Source: Burkholderiales bacterium PBB1 (GTDB lineage: Bacteria; Pseudomonadota; Gammaproteobacteria; Burkholderiales; Burkholderiaceae_C). Taken from it: a DNA stretch of 24,000 nt. Made by a program: the position numbers and the translations under genes. This document shows positions 9,773 to 16,437 of the stretch, one piece after another (positions within the stretch are counted from its first letter, which is position 1; each line of letters begins with the position of its first letter). The notes beneath the pieces are model-generated. The model saw only the letters and a list, made by a program, of their open reading frames with translations, was not told where the DNA came from and did not search any database. Where the stretch lies: assembly GCA_002255905.1 (NCBI GenBank), contig NKIN01000003.1, positions 13,925 through 37,924 of the forward strand, read 5' to 3'.

Positions 9773-10165
9773 ATGACAACCGCAACCATGAACACCCTGG
9801 CCTTTGGCAAGACCGATGTCGAGAATGTCCTCTCGAAGATGAACGACGCTCAGCTCAACAAGCTTGCCTTCGGCGCCATCGAGCTCGACGCCACCGGCAA
9901 GATCCTCAAGTACAACGCGGTAGAGGGGGCGATCACCGGCCGCGACCCCAAGGCTGTCATCGGCAAGAGCTTCTTCACTGAGGTGGCGCCCTGCACCAAC
10001 CGGCCCGAGTTCAAGGGTGTCTTCGACGCTGGCGTGCGTTCGAAGAACCTCAATACGATGTTCGAGTACGTGTTCGACCATCAGATGAAGCCGACCAAGG
10101 TCAAGATTCACATGAAGCGGGCGATCTCCGGCGATACGTACTGGGTATTCGTCAAGCGCGTGTGA
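9773..10165 (+). CDS. pyp: Photoactive yellow protein (PYP), canonical type
   Basis: 130 aa from ATG 9773 (the track ORF starts earlier, at 9704). It is near-colinear with Halorhodospira halophila PYP as I remember it: [67 protein letters not shown] and YWVFVKRV. With a uniform +5 offset it retains the equivalents of Tyr42, Glu46, Thr50, Arg52 and the chromophore Cys69 (TGC at 9992-9994). Confidence 0.95.
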   Translation: MTTATMNTLAFGKTDVENVLSKMNDAQLNKLAFGAIELDATGKILKYNAVEGAITGRDPKAVIGKSFFTEVAPCTNRPEFKGVFDAGVRSKNLNTMFEYVFDHQMKPTKVKIHMKRAISGDTYWVFVKRV

Positions 10166-11430
10166 GCCCGATGGCCGCAGATCCGACTCAAGGCAAGTCG
10201 CGGCCGTGGCATCGGCGGCCGGGTGCGCTGGCACGCTTCGTCGCCGACCTCGTTGCCGACGAGCTGACCCAGTTGCGACCAGGCGGTGTGTCCTTGCCCA
10301 GCCGTCCCTGGCCGGCCGAACTGGAGCTCGACGAGCAAGGCCTGGGGCTGGATTCCCTCGAACGCCTCTCTGTGGCCGCAGCGCTGAACGAGGCGTTGCA
10401 CCTTCATGAAAGCGGTGTCGAGGACTTGCTGCTGGCTCGGACGCGATTCGGAGAATGGCTGGAGGTCGCAGCCGACGGCCTGTCCGCATTCGATGCATCG
10501 CTGACGTTTCGCACCTCGGGCAGCAGCGGGGTCGCCAAGGCGTGTCCCCACGCACTGACCAATCTGTGGCAGGAGGTCGAGCATCTGGCCAGCCTGGTAC
10601 CCAGCACCCGCCGCTTGCTGGCGGCGGTCCCGGCACACCATCTGTACGGATTCCTGTTCACGGCCCTGCTGCCACAGCGCTTGGGTTGCAGCGAAGTGAT
10701 CGACATCCGTCGAATGACGCCGCAGGCGGTGGCCGCGATGATGCGGCCGGGCGATCTGGTGATCAGTCATCCAGCGCACTGGGCGCTGCTGGCGCGGCAC
10801 GCAGGTCGCTTGGCGTCGGGCGTGCAGGGCGTCACGTCCACGGCGCCATGCCCAGAGGCGCTGGCGAGAACGCTTGAAGCCATCGGACTGGATAGGTTGA
10901 TCCAGGTGTACGGGAGCTCTGAGACCGCTGGCATCGGTACCCGAACCGAATCCGGTGCTGCATTTCGGCTGATGCCTTTCTGGTCACGCGATACTGCAGA
11001 TCCCGATTGTCTTCTGCGCAGAGACGCCGACGGGTCGATCCGCTCTCATGCTGTCCAGGACCAACTGGATTGGCACGATGAGCACCAGTTTGACATTTGT
11101 GGCCGGATGGATGGAGCGGTTCAGGTGGGTGGTACCAATGTGTTTCCGGCGCGGGTGCGGCAGGTGCTGCTCGACCACCCGCAGGTCAGCGATGCAGCAG
11201 TGCGCCTGATGACCCCCGACGAGGGCGCTCGACTCAAGGCCTTTGTGGTGCCTGTCCCGGGCACCGATACCGTGGCACTGACATCAGATCTGTGGCGATG
11301 GACCGAGTCGCGCCTGACCGCGCCCGAGCGACCCAAGGCATTCACCGTGGGGCATCAGTTGCCACAAAACGCCATCGGCAAGCCATCGGACTGGGCGCTG
11401 GACGCATCAAGTCCCGTTGTGCAGTTCTGA
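10162..11430 (+). CDS. pcl: 4-coumarate--CoA ligase, PYP-activation type (short AMP-dependent ligase with an N-terminal carrier-protein-like segment)
   Basis: 422 aa. The GTG start at 10162 overlaps the pyp stop (GTGTGA); an alternative ATG lies at 10171. Adenylate-forming motifs are present: [13 protein letters not shown] (P-loop), [18 protein letters not shown] and the C-terminal NAIGKPSDW (catalytic Lys). It sits immediately downstream of pyp, as in known pyp-pcl clusters. Confidence 0.85.
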   Translation: MSPMAADPTQGKSRPWHRRPGALARFVADLVADELTQLRPGGVSLPSRPWPAELELDEQGLGLDSLERLSVAAALNEALHLHESGVEDLLLARTRFGEWLEVAADGLSAFDASLTFRTSGSSGVAKACPHALTNLWQEVEHLASLVPSTRRLLAAVPAHHLYGFLFTALLPQRLGCSEVIDIRRMTPQAVAAMMRPGDLVISHPAHWALLARHAGRLASGVQGVTSTAPCPEALARTLEAIGLDRLIQVYGSSETAGIGTRTESGAAFRLMPFWSRDTADPDCLLRRDADGSIRSHAVQDQLDWHDEHQFDICGRMDGAVQVGGTNVFPARVRQVLLDHPQVSDAAVRLMTPDEGARLKAFVVPVPGTDTVALTSDLWRWTESRLTAPERPKAFTVGHQLPQNAIGKPSDWALDASSPVVQF

Positions 11431-11438
11431 CGCCGCTG

Positions 11439-13229
11439 TTAGACCAACTGCAGGGGCTCGCGCAGCGCAGGCACTGCCCCAGGCTGCGACTGCGCCCGGG
11501 TTTGTGCGGTGAGCCAGAGGGAGGCTTCTTCGCTGCCCATCGGCCGGGCGTACAGATAACCCTGGGCCTTATCGCATCGCAGTGCTTTCAATGCGTCGGC
11601 TTGTGCTTCGGTTTCCACGCCCTCGGCGACGGTTCCCATGCACAGGCTGCGCGCAACCATCACGGTTGCTTCGATCAGTACACGATGGTGCGCGCTCGTT
11701 GTCACCTGGCTGACGAAGGAGCGATCGATCTTGATCACGTCCACCGGCCACAGGTGCAAGCTGGCCAGGGAGGAGTAACCGGTGCCGAAATCGTCCAGCG
11801 CCAGCTTCACCCCCAGGGCCTTCAGTTCATGCAGCCGCGACTGGATCAGCGGGCTTTCGGCGGCCAGGCTCTCCGTGATCTCGAGTTGCAGGCACTCCGC
11901 CGCCATGCCACTCACCTTCAGCGCGTGACGAACTTCATCAACCAGCGTCGACTCGACCAGCTGTGCCCGCGACAGGTTCACCGACAAGACCTGCGGCGCG
12001 CCACCGTCAAACTGCCGCTGCCACAGCACGAACTGCCGGCAAGCCGAGTGAAGGACGTACGCGCCCAGCGGTCCGATCAGGCCGGTCTCCTCCGCAATTT
12101 CGATGAATTCAATTGGCGAGACCACACCGCGCAGCGGATGCTGCCAGCGCACCAGCGCCTCGAAGCCCGCGACACGACCGTCGTCGAGGTGTGTGATCGG
12201 TTGGTACACGACAAAGAGCTGACCGTCCTGCACGGCCAAGCGCAGTTCACTCTCCAGGCTGGCGCGCCGCCAGGCTCGCTCCTTCATCAGTGGCTCGAAA
12301 ACGCAGTGGCGGGCGCCGCCACCTCTCTTGGCTTCGCGCATCGCGAGGCTGGCGTCCTGCAGTACCGCATCGGCATCGGCAGCGTGGCCATCGCCTAGCG
12401 CCACACCGACGCTGGCCGTGCTGTGCACCAGGCCGCCGCTGATGGCATACGGTTTGCGCAACGCATCGACCAGCCGCTGCGCTACCAAGGCCGCCACATC
12501 AATGCTGGGCACCGCCTCGAGAACGACGACGAACTCATCTACGCCGAGCCGGCCGGCGGTCTGGTCTCCCTGCGAATTGAGGATCACCACATCGCGCTGG
12601 CGTACCGCTGCGTTGATGCGCGACGCCATCATTCGCAGCAGCTCGTCGCCGGCAGCAGGGCCCAGGGTGACGTTCACGCGGTTGAACCGATCGCCGTTGA
12701 TGAACAACACCGCGAATCGATGGTCCGGGTCAATGCGAGCCCGCTCCAGCGTGTGCTCGATGCGTTCCAGCACCACGATGCGGTTCGGCATGGCCGTCAG
12801 GCTGTCGATGCGGCTGGCATCTCGCAACTCCGCCTCGACGTGCTGCCGCTCCAGTCGGAGCGCGGCCGTGATGTCGGTGACGCTGCACATCAACATGTGT
12901 GAGTCCAGGCGCAGCAGGCGGATCGACAGGGTCGGCGGGATGTCATCGCCTATGGGGGGAGGCCCCACACTCACGCGCAGGCCGTCGCAGACCTCACCGC
13001 CGGGGTAAGCAGCGGCGGCAGCTTGATCTCGCAGATGCGGCGCGGACCCTTGCAATACGTCAAACAGGTTGCTCAGATCGCCGCGTGGGGCCAGCGGCAT
13101 CAGCAACTGCGCCGACATCGGATTGATCATCGTGATCTCACCGTCCAACGTCGTCTGTACCAGGCCGATCGGGGCTTGGTACAGGAACTGCATCAGCGCC
13201 TCGTGGGCTGCAGAGCTGGAGTCGCTCAT
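11439..13229 (-). CDS. PAS-GGDEF(degenerate)-EAL signalling protein, predicted c-di-GMP phosphodiesterase
   Basis: 596 aa with an N-terminal PAS-like domain. The GGDEF domain has a degenerate signature GVDEF (12531-12545) and a deviating GDRFNRVNVTLG in place of DxFKxxNDxxGH. The EAL domain looks complete: EALVRW (EAL at 12153-12161), SVNLS, EITE, DDFGTGYSSL, KIDRSF, EGVETE and QGYLYARP. Confidence 0.9.
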   Translation of the reverse strand: MSDSSSAAHEALMQFLYQAPIGLVQTTLDGEITMINPMSAQLLMPLAPRGDLSNLFDVLQGSAPHLRDQAAAAAYPGGEVCDGLRVSVGPPPIGDDIPPTLSIRLLRLDSHMLMCSVTDITAALRLERQHVEAELRDASRIDSLTAMPNRIVVLERIEHTLERARIDPDHRFAVLFINGDRFNRVNVTLGPAAGDELLRMMASRINAAVRQRDVVILNSQGDQTAGRLGVDEFVVVLEAVPSIDVAALVAQRLVDALRKPYAISGGLVHSTASVGVALGDGHAADADAVLQDASLAMREAKRGGGARHCVFEPLMKERAWRRASLESELRLAVQDGQLFVVYQPITHLDDGRVAGFEALVRWQHPLRGVVSPIEFIEIAEETGLIGPLGAYVLHSACRQFVLWQRQFDGGAPQVLSVNLSRAQLVESTLVDEVRHALKVSGMAAECLQLEITESLAAESPLIQSRLHELKALGVKLALDDFGTGYSSLASLHLWPVDVIKIDRSFVSQVTTSAHHRVLIEATVMVARSLCMGTVAEGVETEAQADALKALRCDKAQGYLYARPMGSEEASLWLTAQTRAQSQPGAVPALREPLQLV

Positions 13230-13255
13230 CTATCGCTCAATCTTCGCTGTGATGG

Positions 13256-14575
13256 TCAAGTCAATGCGGCGACCGCTGCAGGCCGCAAGCCTGGATGCCA
13301 CCGTTCCACACGGTTGCGCCCGGAGGCCTTGGCGCGGTACATCGCCAGGTCGGCTCGCTCGATGAAGGCTTCGACGCTGTCCACCGACGCATCCATCGTC
13401 GCCACGCCTATGCTCACCGTGTAATGCAGACTCGCGCTGTTCACGTTGACCGCCTGCTCGGAAACGCTGTGACATAGGCGCTGAGCGACCGTGGCAGCGG
13501 CATCTTCGGTGCAGCCTGGCAGCAGCACCACGAACTCTTCACCGCCCAAACGCGCGACGATGTCCATGGCTCGGAACGTGGCCGACAGGCCGGCGGCCAG
13601 GTGACGAAGCACCGCATCGCCTGCTGCATGACCATGCTCGTCGTTGATGCGCTTGAAGTGGTCCGCATCGATCAGCACCAGTGACAGCGGCCGGGGGGTG
13701 CGGCGCCAGCGCTGCAGCTCCAACTCGCAGGCCTCGAACAGCGCGCGGCGATTGGCCAGGCCAGTAAGGTGGTCACATGCCACCGAGCGGCGCAGCGCCT
13801 CGGTGGCTTCGCGCCGGTCGGACACATCCCGGATCACCAGGCTGTAGGCGCGCTCTTCGTCCAAGGCTTCATCGGGCGCGTGCAAAGGCGCGATCAGGCA
13901 ACTGCCCCAGAAGCGGCTTCCATCTGCGCGTTGGCGCCAGCCTTCATCCAGACTCCAGCCACTGCGATCGGCCTCGTGCAGCCGGTCGATGGCGTCCATC
14001 GATTCCAGCGAATCGGGTGGGTAAAAGATCGAATATGACTTGCCGACGCAGGTGGCGCTCTGATGGGCGGTCACGCGCTCCACACTGCTGTTCCAATCGC
14101 GCACCCGACCCTGGTCGTCCAGCGTCATCAGGCCGTAGTCCGTCAGTCCAGTGACGATGGTGTTGATCCACGCCTGGCTTTGCCTCAACTCACGTTCGCG
14201 CTGCACGCTTTGCGTGACGTCGCCGAGCACCGCCATCAGGCGACCCTCATCGAGCTTCAACAATGTCAGCGACAAGATGCTTCGACCCAGCTTGCGTACG
14301 GGGTCCGCGGCCACCCGCAGTTGCCAGCCTTCGCAGATCATGCCGTGCGAGGACTCGAAGCGTTGCACGGCGGTCCGCAGGTCTGGCGCGACGCTTTCCA
14401 GGGCGTTGTAGAGGTTGTTGAGCTCGCCGTCGCGTGCCAGTGGCATCAACAGCTGGGCGCACAGCGGGTTCACCATCAGGATCTCGCCATCGATGCGAGT
14501 CTGCATGAGTCCGATCGGAGCGAGGTACAAGAACTGGATCAGCGCCTCGTAGTCTTCCTCAACGGTCGTGTCCAT
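13256..14575 (-). CDS. PAS-PAS-GGDEF diguanylate cyclase
   Basis: 439 aa. It has an N-terminal PAS-like domain paralogous to that of the downstream gene and a second PAS domain (TLDDQGRVRDWNSSVERVTAH...). The GGDEF domain is canonical: DHLTGLANRR, IDADHFKRINDEHGHAAGD, and GGEEF at 13532-13546. An RxxD I-site (RAMD) lies five residues upstream of GGEEF. Confidence 0.9.
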   Translation of the reverse strand: MDTTVEEDYEALIQFLYLAPIGLMQTRIDGEILMVNPLCAQLLMPLARDGELNNLYNALESVAPDLRTAVQRFESSHGMICEGWQLRVAADPVRKLGRSILSLTLLKLDEGRLMAVLGDVTQSVQRERELRQSQAWINTIVTGLTDYGLMTLDDQGRVRDWNSSVERVTAHQSATCVGKSYSIFYPPDSLESMDAIDRLHEADRSGWSLDEGWRQRADGSRFWGSCLIAPLHAPDEALDEERAYSLVIRDVSDRREATEALRRSVACDHLTGLANRRALFEACELELQRWRRTPRPLSLVLIDADHFKRINDEHGHAAGDAVLRHLAAGLSATFRAMDIVARLGGEEFVVLLPGCTEDAAATVAQRLCHSVSEQAVNVNSASLHYTVSIGVATMDASVDSVEAFIERADLAMYRAKASGRNRVERWHPGLRPAAVAALT

Positions 14576-14589
14576 GGCCTGTGGTTGCT

Positions 14590-14982
14590 TCAGGTCGAGC
14601 GTTGGACGAGCACATAGCGGGTGGCCGCCCCGGGCAGCGCCAGCAGCCGCAACTTCACCTTGACCGGGCGCATGCGCAGCGTGAGCACGTAGTCGATGAC
14701 GTCATCCAGCGACGTGCTGTTGGCCAGCGCGTCTTCGAAGCGCTGGGCGACCATGAAGTTGTTCATGCACGGCGCCACCACGGTGAACAGCGGCTGCCCC
14801 AGGACGCGGGCACTCGACAGACCAGCGGCTTTGCTTTCGAAGCTGTTGTAGCGCCGAACGATGCCGTTGGCATCGAAGCCGATCACGCCAAAGTTGAGAG
14901 AGTCGAGTTCGTCGTCGCTGTAGCGGTCCAGTTCGGAATGCAGCGCTGTGTCGCTGAAGGAAACGGCTTGGGTGGTGTGCAT
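14590..14982 (-). CDS. Photoactive yellow protein paralogue (divergent PYP-like single PAS protein)
   Basis: 130 aa, colinear with PYP at a uniform +3 offset. It retains Tyr45 (=Y42), Glu49 (=E46) and Cys72 in VAPC (=C69; codon at 14767-14769). The C-terminal beta-sheet pattern RMRPVKVKLRL...RYVLVQR parallels QMTPTKVKVHM...YWVFVKRV. Thr50 is replaced by Ala and Arg52 by Leu. It is the first gene of the operon with the DGC, whose start lies 14 nt after its stop. Confidence 0.85.
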   Translation of the reverse strand: MHTTQAVSFSDTALHSELDRYSDDELDSLNFGVIGFDANGIVRRYNSFESKAAGLSSARVLGQPLFTVVAPCMNNFMVAQRFEDALANSTSLDDVIDYVLTLRMRPVKVKLRLLALPGAATRYVLVQRST

Positions 14983-15396
14983 AGCAGATTCTCGCGAGAC
15001 CGATCAGTACATCGATATCGGCCGCACGGCTCACAACTTGAGAGTTGCAGCGACCTGTTGATTGCCATCCAGCAGTGATCCAGTGGGTCGGGCCAACAAG
15101 CGCCCACTGATGCATTCGGCAGAGTGCGGGCACCCGACGACCGTGAGTTTTCCTAAGGCCGTCCCTGTGGCCGGCGAGCACATTTGAATCGCTTTGCAGG
15201 CCGCACGGGCGTGCTAGCTCGGTGGTCAGGTTTTCGAATGAAGCAGCCGATCGCACCGGCGAAACTTGACTGGCCGCTTTCGGTGACACCTGTCACTTGT
15301 CCGCGTCATCTGACCGACCGGCACCAGTCTGGTACTGCCCTTCGGGTGCGCGACGTGAAAGCTTGCCGATGGCCGGTTGACGGCGATCAAAACTCC
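14983..15396 (-). promoter_or_regulatory. Long non-coding region upstream of the pyp2 operon (promoter/leader) and downstream of the qor-like gene
   Basis: 414 nt with no convincing ORF, and locally AT-richer than the flanks. By gene arrangement it must hold the pyp2 operon promoter and any terminator for the upstream minus-strand operon. Inverted repeats seen: CAGTGGG-N15-CCCACTG (15081-15109), CAACT-N4-AGTTG (15034-15047) and GTGACA-CC-TGTCAC (15283-15296). Confidence 0.45.
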
Positions 15397-16380
15397 CTAC
15401 CCACCCACCCTCAGCATGATCTTCCCGATGTGCGCGCTGGACTCCATCAGCGCATGGGCCTGCACCACGTCGGCCAGGTCGAACGTCTGGTGAATCACGG
15501 GCTTGATCGTCGCGTTGGCGATCAGGGGCCACACGCGGGCTTCGAGTTCCTTGGCAATGGCGGCCTTGCTCGCGTCTGACCGTGCGCGCAGGGTCGAGCC
15601 GGTGAGGGTCTGCCGCTTCATCATCAGCGGGCGGAAATCGATTTCTGCCTTGCCGCCTTCCAGGAAGGCGATGAAGCAGTAGCGCCCTTCGAGGGCGAGC
15701 GAGCGCAGGTTCTTCTCGATGTAGGGGCCGGCCACCATGTCGAGGATGACATCGACCCCCTTCTTCTTCGTGATCGAGGCGATCCCGGCCATCCAGTCCT
15801 GGGTCTTGTAGTTGAAGACGTGGTCGGCGCCGATGTCGCGGCAGAAGCGGGCCTTGTCTTCATTGCCCACCGTCGTGTACACCTCGGCCCCGAAGGCCTT
15901 GGCCAACTGGATGGCCGCCAGGCCGATCCCGCTCGACCCGCCATGCACCAGAAAGCGCTCGCCGGCCTTGAGCCCGCACGTGCCGAACACATTGACCCAC
16001 ACCGTGAAGAAGTTTTCCGGCAGGCTGGCCGCTTCCAGCAGCGACAGATGGCCCGGTATCGGCAGGCAATGCCCGGCTGGCGCCACGCAGTACTCGGCAT
16101 AGCCACCGCCCGGGGTCAGCGCGCACACCAGGTCGCCGGGCTTCCAGCGGCCGGCTTGCGCACCGGTGGCCACCACCTCGCCCGACACCTCCAGGCCCAT
16201 CACGGGCGAGGCGCCCGGTGGTGGCGCGTAGGTGCCCGAGCGCTGCGCGACGTCGGGCCGGTTCACGCCGGCACAGGCCACCTTGATCAACACGTCGTGG
16301 TCACCGATGGCAGGGAGCGGGCCGGTGGCGACCGACATGACCTCGGGCCCGCCCGAGGCCGTGGCGGTGACATAGCGCAT
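15397..16380 (-). CDS. NAD(P)H:quinone oxidoreductase, MDR superfamily (PIG3/Qor-like)
   Basis: The track ORF is 15397..16422. Homologue-like N-terminus MRYVTATASGGPEVMSV suggests the ATG at 16380 (327 aa). MDR features are present: VLIKVACAGVNRPDVAQRSGTY, GLEVSGEVV, the Rossmann motif VHGGSSGIGLAAIQLAK, and the C-terminus HIGKIMLRV. Confidence 0.85.
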   Translation of the reverse strand: MRYVTATASGGPEVMSVATGPLPAIGDHDVLIKVACAGVNRPDVAQRSGTYAPPPGASPVMGLEVSGEVVATGAQAGRWKPGDLVCALTPGGGYAEYCVAPAGHCLPIPGHLSLLEAASLPENFFTVWVNVFGTCGLKAGERFLVHGGSSGIGLAAIQLAKAFGAEVYTTVGNEDKARFCRDIGADHVFNYKTQDWMAGIASITKKKGVDVILDMVAGPYIEKNLRSLALEGRYCFIAFLEGGKAEIDFRPLMMKRQTLTGSTLRARSDASKAAIAKELEARVWPLIANATIKPVIHQTFDLADVVQAHALMESSAHIGKIMLRVGG

Positions 16381-16437
16381 CGTGGCGGGCAGCGTTGCGG
16401 CGGTGGGGGGTGTGGCGCTCATGCAGGGCGGGTGGGT

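Noticed and set aside
7987-14617. Shadow ORFs inside the photosensory locus (e.g. 8066..8908-, 8443..9213+, 9770..10636-, 10108..10800-, 11097..12398+, 12328..13008+, 14063..14617+, 14702..15289-)
   Set aside because: They overlap the lyase, pyp, pcl, EAL, GGDEF or pyp2 genes, have low-complexity composition and no family motifs. The partner frames carry unmistakable domain signatures.
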